The notes beneath the pieces were generated by a model. That model had not been told where the DNA came from and made no database searches. It worked only from the letters and a program-made list of their open reading frames with translations. The translations under genes and the position numbers were made by a program. DNA of 64,000 nucleotides from Vicugna vicugna. Lineage: Eukaryota. The DNA lies in assembly GCA_013265495.1 (NCBI GenBank), contig MU058532.1, positions 159,902 through 223,901 of the forward strand, read 5' to 3'. Positions 23,560-37,513 of the stretch are shown in pieces (position 1 is the first letter of the stretch; each line of letters begins with the position of its first letter).

Positions 23560-24029
23560 TGTTACTGAAGGCAAGTTCCTGTGCCCGGCGCATCCTGAGG
23601 CTAAACAAACCACATCCCAGTTTGGAGGAGAGAAGGCTGGTTGCAGGGCTGAGCAAGGAGGATGGGGTGGCTCATAACTAAGGAAACCCTGAACTCCCCG
23701 AAGGCTTTCAGCAAAGCGTAGTTAAAGGCCAGGTGAGGCAGGGGGTCACAGGGTGTGTGATCAGCTCATGCACAGTCTTCTGACTGGCTGACGTGGAGGA
23801 AACAGGGCATCAACACCATCACCCCCCAGAAGCCAGCAGGTCTGGGAGCCACGTGCTCTTCATCATCAAGTATTTCATTTCTTCCCTTTGGTGGTGGTTT
23901 TTAGCATCTGAAAATTTCAGGAAATTCACATGAAATACTATGATCTGGGTGCTTCAGAGAGGGGCTGCAGCAGAATATATGGGGGAGGGTCTGACCCTGG
24001 AAGTCCCCACAGGGTCCTTCTCAGTTACA
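23560..24029 (-). mobile_element. Solo LTR, ERV1-type (same family as 61504-61984)
   Basis: TGTTACTGAAGGCAAGTTC...TCAGTTACA; 4-bp TSD ACAG at 23556-23559 and 24030-24033; termini are reverse-complement matches to the LTR at 61504. Confidence 0.85.
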
Positions 24030-27000
24030 ACAGAGAACCCCCAGCATCTCCTTATGTAGGACAAATGTCTTCCAAGGAGGAGAAGGGGAAAAATGGATTG
24101 ACTTGCTCCATCTCCAGGCTGAGCAGGTTCCTCATGGGGCAAGGCCTCGGGTGGGGGGTGGGGAGTGGGGGAAACACGTGTTCTGTCCGCCCAGCCCTTC
24201 GGCTCACACCTTCTCCTCCTCCTCACAATCTTTCCCTCCTTCCACGTGCTCCAGCCCTGTGCAGTATCCCACCCAGACTTGACCCTGGCTGATTGGTCCT
24301 AATACCCTCCTCTTGGACGCCACGATCTGCCCGAGGAGGGGCACATGACCTGGTATTTGCAATGTGCATGGTAGAGTCTGTCCTCAGTTCTGCGGCTGTT
24401 ATATGGACGTGATCTGTGCATCTTTCCGCCACACACGGAAGAGGCCTGTCTCCATGAGTCCACCCACTGGCACCCCAGGGCGGGGGGAGGTGAAGGGAGA
24501 GAGGCCGGCCCTGACCACGCTCCTGAGTCCTCAGAACCCACCTTGCCCAAGGCTGCTCCTCTTCTGTTTCTCCCAAGTAAGGGAGGCAAATAAGAGCCCC
24601 TTTCCCTAAGCTAGTTGAGGGGGTATGTCTTTCTTGACTACAGGGTAGGGGCTGTCACAGCACCCGCCTTAGCCCTGAGCCACCCCAGCCCCTGTGCCCC
24701 CCACTTGAGAGGGCCCTGCTCTCAGCTCCTGTCTAGCCACTCCCCTCCCTGTGGGGCGAGGAGTCTGTGTGTCTGGGACCTGGTACACTCCCTTGTCTGG
24801 GCCCGGGAGCTCCTGGCCACCAAGCCTGGGGCGGCTCTGAGGGTCACACAGGCCTATTCCCTGGGCTCATCTTCTCAAAGACAGAAGACTGCAGGTGTGT
24901 GAACTCCCAGGCTTGCATGGCCATGTGAAGGGACACGAGATTGGGGTGTCTGCCCCATGCACATAAGGCCCTTGGATGCAGAAAGGAGACAGGGCTGGGT
25001 GAGGAGGGGGAAGGGTCTTCCATCTCCACTCTTTCTGGGGGTACTAATATGGAGGGAGTGTATTAGATGCATTTAAACTTCTCGACAACCCCTGACCCCA
25101 TTAAGTGGGCTGGTCATTGGAGAAGTCAATTACGTCAGAGAGGAGGTAGTGTGGCCAGAGGTGGGGCTTTCAAGAACTGGTGACATTCTTTTTCATTTTG
25201 TTTCTAAATAACAGATCAGATGCCCCCTTCTGCCTGCAGGGACTCACAGCCATGCTGAGCAATAGGTGTTCGCACAGCCCACAAGGGCACATGGGGCTCC
25301 GGGCTGACAGTCACCTTCCGTCTGTCTGTCCTGACCCTCCCCACACCCTCTCTCCCTGCCTGTCTATGCCAGGCCCTCAGCACTTTTCTGCTCCTCTGTT
25401 CCCCTGCAAGACAGTGAAATGACCAGTGAACCACTGCGCACGTCTGTGTCAGCGTCCTCTGATAGGGCTCTGACAGGCCGCACAGTAAGCATGACCTCTC
25501 CCACAGCGAGCTCGCACCACGGGGGTTCTCAGGGACAGTAAATGGTTTATAGCTGAACTAATAGACCCTGGGCTGGAATGACAAGGAGCTGCCCCTGGGA
25601 CGGTCCCTGCACTCCTGATCACAGAGAGGCCACGAGTACAGTCGCCAGATCTCAAGGCACAGGGCACAGATTCTGCCTCCCTCCCTGTTTGACTCAGCCC
25701 AGATGCAGATCCCTCCCAAAGCATCTAATCAGTGGTCCTACGGGATCTCTGGGATGTCCTCTGTGAAGCAGTCTGGGAGGTGCCATTCTGCATCCCCTGG
25801 AAGAGGTCCGAATGGCTACAGAGTCAGCCTGCCCTCCACAGCACCACCCGCTCCCAGCAGTTTCTCTCCAAATAGATACATTCTCAGAACGCTGAGCGTA
25901 AAGTGTCACCACAAGATGGAGAAGTCGCCCTCAGCACAGGCATCAAGGACAGAGCCTTCCAGCCCTCACCCAGACGTGAGCAGGCATCAGAGTGTCACGC
26001 TCACAGGCTGCCACCCGGGATGCAGGCAGGTGCTCGGGGGCAGACAGATGAAGGAGAAGATGAGTAACAGGTGCAGGCTGGTCCTCGAGGTGCCCTGTGC
26101 ACTGGAGGAGTTGGAAGGAGCAGAGTTCCAGCTGAATGAGTCAAACAGAGCCAGGGGAGGACCAGGCGAGGCCCACTACCCCACCGGCTCTGCCCTGGTC
26201 CCGTGTGGCCTGAGAGGCAGAAGGTCTGTGCACCGGCGCCTCTGATGGTCTCGAGGATGCTGGCCTTGAAGCCCTCCTCTAAAGACATTTTGTGACCCCA
26301 GACCCTCCCTCCTCACTAAATGCATGAGAGCCTCCTCCTAGAAAAGGCACTTGTGACTTAGGGTCACTGGCACTGAAATTTTGGCTTCAATAAGCAGCTC
26401 AGGTGTGGAGCTGTCCACTCTTCAGGGACAGTAAGAAAAAGGATGCCAGGCGATTTTAGTCAGTTTGCTTCGAGGACTTGAGTCTTGGGAGGGAGGCCAA
26501 GTTAGCCGGCTGTGCACATGGCCCCGGGAGGCCCAGCCGAGCAGAGCTCTGGGCTACAGCCCCAGAGGTCAGCACCCCACATGCTTGCAGCTCAAACCGC
26601 AGGAACGCAGGAGAAATCAACCAGCCTTTCCGGAGAGAGCCCAAGGGCTTGTGTCAACCGTCTCAGGTGCCAGCACAGACTGAGAGGGTACAGGTTATGG
26701 GGCACAAAGAGAATTCAGAGATGACACAAATGCCAGGAATCTCCCAGGAGCCATGCTCACCTCTAGGTGGTTAATAGTAACAAAATATGTGGACGTCCCA
26801 TTGGACTTCAGAATCTCAAGGCACCCACTTCCCTGTAGTGCCTGCACGTCAAGGTCTGGGGGCCAAGGGCCATGCTGTGCTGCTTGCATCAACCCTGCTC
26901 CCCCCTTTCTAGACCTTGGCCAGGCTCGAGGTCCCATGCTCACCACACACTGGCGTGGGATTATGAGTGGTGTCTGTGCTCTCACCTGGCTCTGTTGTTG

Positions 27001-27539
27001 AAGTGATACACTTTCAGCCTGGGCCACCTTTTGGGAGACAGTTTTTGAAGCTTGCAGAAGAGAACTGGACTGTCCTAGGGGGCATGCTTATTTCCCCTGC
27101 CTGTCCTGATGTTCAGATGAGCTTTTAGTGTTTCCTTGAAGGTAAATTAGGAGACTTGAGGGACCTGCTGTCCCTGGGAACTGTGGCTTGTGACCTGGCC
27201 CTCGAGGAGCTCTGAATAAGAAAGTGGGTAGAACAGAGTGGACTGGGGCGAGGGAAGGGCTGGTCTCACCATCCCTGAGGTGCACCACACTCTCTGGGAG
27301 GTGAGATGTTCAGTGGCTTTCCCTGTTAGAGCCACTGAAGCCAGGATGAACCCAGTCTCTGGGCAAAAATATGATCTCCTCTGGCTGCAAGGAGATGGGA
27401 CTATGAGCGATTTAAGAAGCTAACTTAGCTTGGGTTTCAATGAGACACCCCTGCCCCTCCAGAGGCTCATCGTCTCCATCCACACCTCATCATCAGGGGG
27501 CTTCACTCCTGCTGGATCTCCCAGCTTGATGCACTGTTT

Positions 27540-27680
27540 TACCAATTTTCCTATGGATCCTGACACCAACTGGTTTTCTGCAATTCACTCCTAGCACCAC
27601 CCACCTGGATTCCGAGTGGACCCCATACACTAAAGGGCATGGTCTCCAACAAGACTGCTCTCATTTCTGATGGACCAGCT
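27540..27680 (-). mobile_element. MER21-like LTR fragment
   Basis: TGACACCAACTGG...GACCCCATACACTAAAGGGC...CAAGACTGC resembles the reverse of 54370-54480. Confidence 0.45.
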
Positions 27681-28985
27681 GCAGATCAGGGAGGTTCCCA
27701 TGCTTAAAGGATAAGCCAGTGTTGGGTACAGGAGCTTCAATTCTAGACCCTGATTTTGGGTTCTGGAAGAAGAATGTGGGTTCCCACCACTAGGGGCGCA
27801 CAGTGATGGATGGAAAACCTAGCTTCTTTAGGGGAATGAGATGTAAAATGAAGATTCCACTTTGGGGATGTAATGCTCAGGTCTCGGGTGCTCTGTGAGG
27901 CTTCTCTGTGGGCCAGTTTTCTGCCATATTTTTCTTTAAGGCATTTCACACACATTTATAGTGGATTGTGGATAAACCATAACATTACCTGAGTCTTTGT
28001 GACCCTCAGGAAGTAACGATTGAGTGAGAGCCTGTAACATAATTATATTCCAGAAATAATATAATCACCAAGACAGAGATTCTTTGAGAGACAATGAGGG
28101 CTTGGAAAAGGGCCAGCTCACATCCTTCTAAGGCCGCAAAGGAAACAAAATCTATGTTCGAGGCCTAAGGAAACAAAGTAGGAAAGATTAATTTCCCCAG
28201 CATACATTTGGGGGAGTTGAGGAATTTGGGGAGGCAATGATGAAGCATTTTAAAAAATCTTAGCTTTGTGATTCAAAATCGTATTAGCCACATGTCTATT
28301 ATATGATCATATGTATTTTAGTTAACAATAAAAAATGATTATTTCTGTAACTGATTCACAATTCTGTTGCTTAAGACAATTTTTTTAAGGTCAGCTTTCT
28401 CTACATTTCATTAAGAAATTATTAAAAATTTCTCACTAAATCATCATTATTCACAGTGTCTTAGTGGAAATAGAAAGAAAGCTGACCTAAAAAAATGTTA
28501 TCTTGAGCAAAGAGAATTCCAAGTTGGACAGCAACTCATTATTAAGGAACCAACCCTCTAATCCTCAAAGTGGTTCAGAATTAGCCAGAACCCATCCATC
28601 TTCACGTGTGCTCGTGGGAGGACAATTCGGGGGGGTCAGTGGGGTTGGCATTCAGCTCCTATTCTTGCATCAAGGCTGTCATCACATGGAAACAACCATT
28701 TTACTGTCATTTCTCTCTTTTTGAATTAGTCATTCCCACTCAGACAGCTGTAGGGGCCCCTGGATGCTCTGGGACTGGGCACAGAAGAGCAGTTTTAGTC
28801 CAGGAAGGTCGACTTTCCCTGAGGTTCCCACGGGGCAGTCTGCCCTTTCCGACCAGCAGGTTGGTGGGATTCTGAATGTCATCTGGTCGGCCCTGTCCCA
28901 TGGGAAGATGGCTAAAAATGCAGACCACAAGCCCCTGCCCTGGAGTGGTCATCTGCTCAGAGAGATGCCCCTGAGATGAGGAGGG

Positions 28986-29350
28986 TGCTGTGGGCTGAGT
29001 TGAGCCCTGTCCCCTGCAAATTCAGATGTTGATGCCTTAACCCCTAGTGAGATGGTATTTGGAGATGGCCTTCGGGAGGTCATTAGGTTCTGATGAGGTC
29101 ATGAGGGTGGGGCGCCTGTGATGGGATGAGTGTCTTTGAGAAGAGGGAGGACACCACAGCTCACTCGCTTTCTCTGCCAGTGAGGAAACAAAGTGGCCAT
29201 TTGCAAGCCAGGAACTGGCCTCTCCAGGAACTGAATGGGCCCACACCTTGGTCTTGGACTTCTAAGTTTCCAGAACTGGGAGAAGTGAATCCCAGTGGGT
29301 TAAGCAGTCCCCCAGTTTGTGGTATTTGTTACAGAAGCCTGAGCAGAGGG
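28986..29350 (+). mobile_element. MLT1A/MST-like MaLR LTR
   Basis: TGCTGTGGGCTGA...GGTATTTGGAGATGGCCTTCGGGAGGTCATTAGGTT...GGACTTC...CCAGAACTG...GTGGTATTTGTTACAG. Confidence 0.8.
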
Positions 29351-32300
29351 GTACAGAGGGTGGGGGATGCTCACAAGCCATTGTCTGCCTCTCTGGTTTC
29401 CTGGCTATGCTTCTGGCTGGTGGTCCAGCCCACCCATGGGTGGAATCCAGGCCTCCTGACAGGTGCCTGTTAGGACCGCAGCATGACATTTGCTTGGAAC
29501 CCTTTACTGATGTGATGGCTCTTCTCAAGCAATGAGGGGAGACGGCGATGTGTGTCAGGGAGCAGTGAAGACCCTTTAATGGTTCTTTTTTGTGCTTCTA
29601 AATGGAGGTGATTTTTAAAGGTTGGAGTTTTTAATACAGGGGTTTACGCACCTCCTCTTTTTGTCAGCTTGCAAACCATGTGGGCGGACATGTGCTTTTG
29701 CTCACCTGCGGGTTTGAATGAGCAAAGAGGAGCTTCCCTTTGCAGGCCTGGGCAAGCTCCTTGGACTAGGCCACCGGAGGCCAGGCAGCACTGTCAGGGG
29801 ACCTGGGGCCTGCGCAGTGGGGAAGGGGAAGCAAACAGGGAGGGGGACGCTGAGGGGGGAACACAAGAGAGGAAAGAAGAGAAGATGCTTGGGTGGATCT
29901 CTTGGGAAGAGTGGGATACCACTCCTGCTGCTCCAGGCACTGCCTGGGAGGCTGCCTCTGGCCTGGGCAGAAGCACACCCTAGCAGCACAGGGGGCACTG
30001 AGGAGAAGGGGGGTCGAGGTCAGAGCCTGCAGAAGGGGCAGGAGCCCAGCCCTGGCCTACCTGCATGTCCTGCCGCCCAGATGGAAAGACCTGGACCCCA
30101 TAACTAGGCTTAAAGGTCGACACCAAGGCTCCCATACCCCTTACCTGCTCAGGCTCACTGTCTAAGGGGGCCTGGCGCTTTCACTCTGAGTCTCACCCTG
30201 CAGGGAGTGAGGGAGCAGGACATGCCCCCAGGACACAGCTGACAGGTTACCAGGCACTCTGTCACCAGGCGTGACAACCAGAAGCACAAAGGAAATGTCC
30301 TCTCAGGGCTTGGTGAGTGACGGGCCACCTGGCACACAGTGGTGCTCAGAATCCATGTGGGCTGAGCAGGTGATGGCTGGGTCTGAGGACCACATCCGAG
30401 GCACAGGCTAAAAGAGCCAGGAAGGTCCAGGCTGGCCTTGGGGGTGCCGTGGCCGGGCCACTGAAACAGGGCTTGGGGTCAGGTCTCCAGGCTTGGGGGG
30501 CTGAGGGTAGGCAGCACTGAAGCCCTGGAGGGGTTCGGGGGGCCCGGCTCAAGGGAGTATCATAATAGATTCCCGACCCACATCCTGCCTTTGAATCCCC
30601 CCTCCCTCCTCACTGCTAGAGGTACTTCCTTAAAATCCCATCCCACCAAGCCATTCCCCTGCGGTTCCTTTTGATGGACTTTATGAGACAAAAGACATCT
30701 ACTCATTCACTTATCTGACATTCACTGAGGCCTGGGGATGCAGCTAGGGAGGTAACTGTCAAGGAACCCCCGGACTTTTAGTACTGAGGCCCGGACACGT
30801 ATAGAGGCAGGGCCAGATGCCACAGTAGAAACAGAGGAAGGGGCATCCCTCAGGCTCGCCCTGTGCTTTCCTGTGGCCCACCTGCCCTCCCCCAGAAGCC
30901 TCCTACTTCCTTCCTGCTTTAAATGCTGTTTTAAAGACAGGGCTGGCTCCACCCACTCCACTGGGACGTCTCCACCTTTGTTCCAGTCTGCATTCTCCTA
31001 TTTCAGTGGGAGACTTACCTCCCTTCTGCCTCCAGTTCCGAGGCAGGCTCCCTCCCACTTCCCCGGAGCCTGGCGCTGAGTTCGTGCTCAGTAGCCATCA
31101 GCCCCTCCCCATCCGCAGACCTTCCTTAATGTGGTCCAGGCGGAATTCACTGGCTCACCTTCCAGGAAAGAAACTTTGTCTTATCCCTCATTATGACCGC
31201 AGGGTGCTGGGCACAGAGTAGGCCACAACTTATGTTTATGGAAATCAGTTGAAAAGTGGGAAATATTCTGTTTGGAGTTATCTGAGGGAAGTAAGGAGTA
31301 ATATCTTACAGGGACATTTGGTTAGACTCACACAAAGCAGGGGCTTGACGGTGGGAACAGAAGACAGGGACTTGGGGAGGTCAGGACTCGGGGCTCTGCC
31401 TCTCGGAGGCCTGGGTCTAGGGCCGGCTCTCTGGGGCAGGACCACGAGTGGCAGCTCGGCTGGGGCCACCTGAGAACCCCTGTTGCCGACTCAGCCGTGA
31501 TGTTCCCTCGGATGCCAAGGACGGCCCCCGGCGTCTGAGGGCCAGGCCTGGGAAGAACGTGCAGCTTTGGGGCGCGGGCTGGGGTCGGCACAGTCAGAAG
31601 GAAAGAATTCACATGTGATTTCTATGAAATGGGAAGGTTTTCTCATCTGGAGGCCCTGTTACCGGTTTGGTTCAACTTTAGGAATCCTTTCTCTAAATGC
31701 CTCTGCAAAATGTAGCTGGTTTGCAGTACGTGGGAATTAAAAACAAGCTGTTTCTTCACCTCTAGAAAGACTGGTCCCTCTTTCCTCAGTGGCCCTCCCA
31801 CGTCCCCAAGTGGGAGGGAGATTGGCAGGGACTAAAGAGTTCTCTGGACATGTTTGGGCCACACCTGGACCTCACGTCAGTGAGGCCGACCTGACCAGCG
31901 CTCACCAGCCAGCGCTGCGCTCCCCTGTAGAAACCCACTCCAGGCAGAGAGAGGGTCTCTTTCTAAATCTGGAAACAACGTTTATTCATCCTGTTAGGTT
32001 TCTTTGGGTTCTCCACCCTCGCTTGCTTCAAAAAGATTTCACTTTTCTCAGCAGGATGTGGGTGGTCTGCCTGCTGCCCCTTCTTCCATCACAGAGGGGT
32101 CCTCTGGCCCAGACGAGGCACAGATGCTGTGGGAGGCCCTGAGGCCTCAATTTCCCTTGCAGAAGTGCATCCCAGGCCCACAGGCAGGGGGGATGTGCTC
32201 GGTCCCCAGGAAGGCCTCCCCACCTGGAGACAAAGCCAGGGGACCAGAGGTGACCGCTAACAGCAGGAGACATGCATCCCAGATGACACACAGTCTCTAG

Positions 32301-32994
32301 GCTCAGAGGTGTTGGTCTCCTCCTTGCCAAGACCAGATTTATGCAGGTCTTTTTCTCCAGCCTGAGGTGTCCTGACCGGGAGGCAGCCGGCCGTTAGCCC
32401 ACAGCCACAGACCGAGTCTGCCCATGCCCCAGGGAGCTGTTTTCTCTCTGACTAAGTTTCACTTAATAACCCTTGACAGTTCTTCCTGGGGGATGCTGCC
32501 CAGGTGATGGGTTGGACCTGAGCCTCCGTCCCCATCCCTCCTCTTCTCTTTTCTGTCTAGATGTACACCCCTCAGAGTTCCCACTGCACCAGGCAGAGTC
32601 CTAATAATCTGGCCCATCCCAAGGCAGCCAGTTGTAGGCAGTGGGGTCCTTGGGCCACGGGGCCATCCTGTCCCCTCTCCTCCCCCATCAGATCAGAGAC
32701 AGGGACAGCTGAGGGTGGAGAGGGAGGAAGGTGGACTGTGTCGAGCCCTCAGATCTGGACCTGGTCAATGTCCATACACATCATGTGACTGTGAGCATCA
32801 CTCAGCCTCAGTTTTCTTATCTGTGAAATATCCAGAATTGATGGACATGCACACGTGTGTGTGGCTGTGTATGGGGGTGTGGAGGTGTGTGTAAGAACCA
32901 TTTATGAGGCTCCATTCAGCCCTGAAACTTCTGCAGGGCAGAGTATGGGCAGGTCTTACCAAAGATGTAAGAAGATAGAACAGTAGGCAGCATC

Positions 32995-33541
32995 AACAGA
33001 CAACTGGGGAAAGAAGATGTGATCTATAGATATACACCATGGAATATTACTCAGCCATAAAAAAGAATGAAACAATGCCATTTGCAGTGACATGGATGGA
33101 CTTGGAGATTATAGTATTAAGTGAAGTAAGTAAAACGAAGAAAGAAAAATATCATATGATATCACTTCTATGTGGAATCCAAAAAAAAAAATACAAATTC
33201 TATTTACAAGCCAAAAACAAACTCATGGACATAGAAAACAAGCTATGGTTACCCAGGGGGAAAGGACAGGGAGCGATAAATTAGGAGTTTGGGATTAGCA
33301 CTCACACACTACTGTATATAAAATAGATAAACAACAAGGACCTACTGTGTAACACAGGGAACTTATATTTAATTTCTTGTAATAATCTTTAGTGGAAAAG
33401 AATCTGAAAAGAAAAAAAATATATCTATGTATGTGTATATATAACTGAATCACTTTGCTGCACACCTAAAACTAACATTGTAAATCAACTACACTTCAAT
33501 AAAAAAGTTAAAAAGAAAAGAAAAAGGAGAAAAAAAACCAA
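32995..33541 (+). mobile_element. 5'-truncated L1 (ORF2 end + 3' UTR + A tail)
   Basis: Encodes MEYYSAIKKNE...W.DLE (L1 ORF2 C-terminus); A-rich tail; imperfect 16-bp TSD AACAGTAGGCAGCATC (32979) / AACAGTAGGTGGCATC (33542). Confidence 0.9.
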
Positions 33542-34734
33542 AACAGTAGGTGGCATCCCCTTCTGCCCAGGCCGCCTGAAGTCTCAGAGGTGACGGAGCA
33601 GTTCCCACGGCCTCTCTGACTGCAGGTACTGTTCCCTGCCCCCCCCGTGCCTGGACCCCAAGCTCAGTCTGACCTGCAGGCCCTGCTGGCCCCCTTTAGT
33701 GGCTCCTCGCCCCGCCCCCAACCTCCTCGATGCTCCTTTGTCCACACTCCTCAAATCCCAGGTGGAAATGGCTGGCGGGGCTTAGGGTTATTGGACTGGG
33801 GCCACCGGCTCCTCTCAAGGGCCCTTCCTTAGCACGTCTGATGCCCATCGCCCCGGCAGCCTGGCCCCCTGGAGGGAGGGGTTCTGCCTGCTAGGTTAGT
33901 TAGCTTGAGCTGAGCTCTGAACTCTGTGCTGTCATAGAGACAAAGACAACAGGTGGAGCATCTTCTGAGCCAGTCTCTGTCCTCTGCAGCCCCTCCTGCC
34001 CCTGCTTTCCCAGGTCGGACACCTGGGCCCTCAGCCCGCGCTCATGAGCCCTGCTCTCCCACGGTATCTGCGCCTTATCTTCACGGGGTGCGATATAGAG
34101 AACAGGCCAGGGCTCAGGGCCTAGAAGACCCAAATCTGAACCTGCAACCTCGGCCCCAAACCTCTGAACAAGCTTGTCAAGAGCATGAAATGAAAATGCA
34201 TGTAAACTCATTTTGCAAAGTATTACACACATGAGGTTAGAAATGTGCCCCCCTTTGGCGTTGTCTTCTAATAATTTCTTTGGTGGTCTTCTTACATCTG
34301 CAATTATCTTTTTAAGATTTAAATTTCAAATTAATTTTAATTAAATATTAATATTAGCATTTAATATGTCAAAAGATGTGCCCCACAGCTGCTGTCCCAG
34401 CCCCAGGAGGCTGGCCCATCTTGCTCCTCCTCCAGTGCTCCCTTGCTCTGAGTCACTGTAACTTCTGTCTCATTGACAGCTCATCATGATGGTCTTAGTC
34501 TCCAAAGATTTCCTCACTCAGCTGAGCATGGCCTGGGGGAACGGAGGGGCCACTGCACAGGCAGTGTGGGGACGCTGAGGTCCCTCCCTCATCCCTACTG
34601 TCCCCTGTGGGTGGCACCATGTAAAGCTCAGGTCTGGGGAAGCCGACTTGGAGCCTTGGGTGGGAAGACAGGGAACCACAGAGATGCCACGTGACAGTTT
34701 TGGAACCAGCCCAAGAACCTTCCTCAGTCTTGCC

Positions 34735-34944
34735 ATCAGGTCAGTGACAGATGCTTTTATGGTTTCAACCATTTGGCTGTGTCCAGCCTGCTGCCTGATT
34801 TTGTGACCTAGTTTTCCTGGCACATGGCCAGGCACAGATGTGGTGGTGGTGGCACTTTTTAGCTGTGGTGACAGGGACTGCGTGGCCACAAAGCCTCAAA
34901 TATTTGCTATCCAGCCCTTTGAAGAAAATGTTTGCTGACACCTG
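34735..34944. mobile_element. MER58A-like DNA transposon remnant
   Basis: CAGGTCAG... start; GACTGCGTGGCCACAAAGCCTCAAATATTTGCTATC...AAAATGTTTGCTGACACCTG end. Confidence 0.65.
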
Positions 34945-35822
34945 ATTTAAGTCATCAGCTTGTTGGGTTTTTAAAAAAAATTTTAAAATTACTTTTAGCC
35001 AAATGCATCTTGCCTGATCCAGTAGCAGAAAAAGTAACACCAAAGAGCTCACGATCTCCAGCAACAGGGTGGACATGGCTGGTGGGCTGACAGGCTTGGA
35101 AGCGCCATGCCAAGGTGGAGCTCATGTCCATTGTGCCCCTCTGCCCCAGGCCCACCGCGTGGCCGCAGGGTGGACGCTCAGCCTCAGGGTCACTGACTCT
35201 ACACAAGCTTCCCAGGGGAGGAGGCAATGATTATTTGCTGTGCACTTTTTCTATTTTTAACTTTTAGGGCAAAGGGAGCTTCCCCATCATCCCCTCTATC
35301 ACACTGAGCAGAGCTGGGCCGCATGTACACACCTAAACCACCTGCTGGCCCACACTGGCCACTGGTGGGGTGAGTTTTCCCACCAGAATTGCCTTCGACT
35401 AACCTAGGTCTATCCACACATGCCTGGCATGTAGTAGGAGGGCAATACATCTTTTTCAATAAATTAAATACATCAAAACCAAATATAAAATGCTGGTCGG
35501 CGATGAGTGCTGAGAAAACAAGCAGGTTCACTGGGAGAGAGAACGCGGCAGGAGACAGACAGGGAAGCACTTGAAGAAGGCATCTGAGCCAGGACCAGAG
35601 GCCAAGGGGGGGCCAGTCTTGGAAACTGGAGAGGCGATGGGCACGAGGGTGTCCCCAGCAGAAAAGCAGCTGGACCAGCTCTGTGCTGGAAGCCTCCAGC
35701 CTGCATCTGTCCACATGAGAAGGGGCCGGGCAGTGGGGCCCTGGGTGGCGTGGCATTGGAGCCAGTCCATGAAGGAACCTTGGGGGTGACCAGGGAAGAA
35801 GGAAGAGACATTCCTGTGAGAG

Positions 35823-36028
35823 GAGGGCAGATGCAAACGCCAGGAGGTGTGAGCAGAAAGTCTTGTTCTAATAGCACGCAGCCCGCCTGCAAGGTGCAGG
35901 GGACTAGGGGCAGGGGCCGGGGGGAGAGGGCAGATGCAAATGCCAGGAGGTGTGAGCAGAAAGTCTTGTTGTAATAGCACGCAGCCCGCCTGCAAGGTGC
36001 AGGGGACTAGGGTCAGGGGCCGGGGGGG
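35823..36028 (+). repeat. Tandem duplication, 103-bp unit x2
   Basis: GAGGGCAGATGCAAA...GCAGGGGCCGGGGGG at 35823 and 35926 with about 3 substitutions. Confidence 0.95.
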
Positions 36029-36974
36029 CCACGCTGGAGGACTTCTCCTGTAGAAAGCTTCGACGACCCGGTTAGGTTCCTCTTAGCAGGTCTGGTGGGA
36101 GGAGCTGGTGGTGACAGGCTCTTGTGAGTTTTCTTCTCTCTGCTTCCCTGTGCCTGTCCCCACGGTCATGGTCAAGCTTTGGCTGCATCCCTGCTCTCAT
36201 CTGTGTCCTCATCTGTAAAACTGGGGGCTTTAAGCTTGGGTCCAGCTCTGTCATTCTATGAGTCACTCACAAGTGGAACAATGAAGGAAAACCAGTTACC
36301 CCAGAAAAAGCCCCTCTTCTCCAAGCAGCTCTGTCCTGCTGGATTGTTCACCGAGCAGTGGGTAGGGACTGAATGAATGGTCCCTGAGGTTCTCCCTTCC
36401 CCAGCTGGCCCTGTGTACCGGCAGCCTTCACATGGAAACCAGCTCCTCTCCTGCTGCAAATACTGAGAAAGCCTTTCACCTGAGTGCCCTTGCCCTTGTC
36501 AGTCAACTCGCCACCCCTTGGCCCGCTAGGGCTTCCTAACTGCAAACCTGATCAATTTCCCCAGCTCAGACAATGGCTCTTCGTTAACCTCAGGATAAAA
36601 CCCAAATCTCCTCCCATGGCTCCCAGGGCTTCCCATGCTCAGGCCCCTGCTGAGCTCTCAGCACTAACTCCTTTCTCCCCTCCCGCACCCAGGCGGCAGA
36701 GGACAGCCCCGGGAAGCCTTCCCCACCCCTTGCATGGCTGGGGAGGCCCCCAGCTGACACACTCCCACGGTGCATTGGGACATCCCTCTGCGGGCACCTA
36801 GCTCAGAGGACCACGGTTCTTCACTGGGTCTTCCCTTGAGGGCACCAGATGTATGGAGCAAAGCACACAGAAGGCAGTCAGTCAATGTGTATTACATGAA
36901 TAATGAGTCTGAATTCCTAGGGAAAATGAGAAGAAATAAGTGATTAGGGTTTGGTGTTGTCAACACACACACAC

Positions 36975-37482
36975 ACATACACAAAAGAAAAAGGAATCCA
37001 AAACAACACCAAAGGTAGTTAAAAACATCAAATCACATGGGAAAAGAGCCAAAGAAGAAGAAAGGAACAAAACAAAACAAAAGAACCACAAAACAACTGA
37101 AAACTAATTAACAAAATGGCAATAAGTACATACGTATCAATAATTACTTTAAATGCAAATGGAAGAAATGCTCCAATCAAAAGACATAGAGCAGCTGAGT
37201 TGATTAAAAAAAAAAATAAGACCCATAGACATGCTACCTATAAAGGACTCACTACAGATTTCAAGACACACACAGAATGAAAGTGATGACTGGAGCATTT
37301 CTTCCTTGAAGTGTACAATCTCCCACATTGAATCAGGAAGAAATAGATAATATAAATTACTGATTACCAGTATGAAATTGAATCAATAATAAGAGAAACT
37401 TCAAAGAAACAAAAGTTCAGGATGAGACGGCTTCACAGGTGAATTCTACCAAACATTTAAAGAAGGTTTAACACCTATCCTC

Positions 37483-37513
<31 letters not shown>

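Noticed and set aside
26352..26378. Isolated satellite-like word GGGTCACTGGCACTGAA (similar word near 52402)
   Set aside because: Single short matches with no periodic context; compatible with chance.
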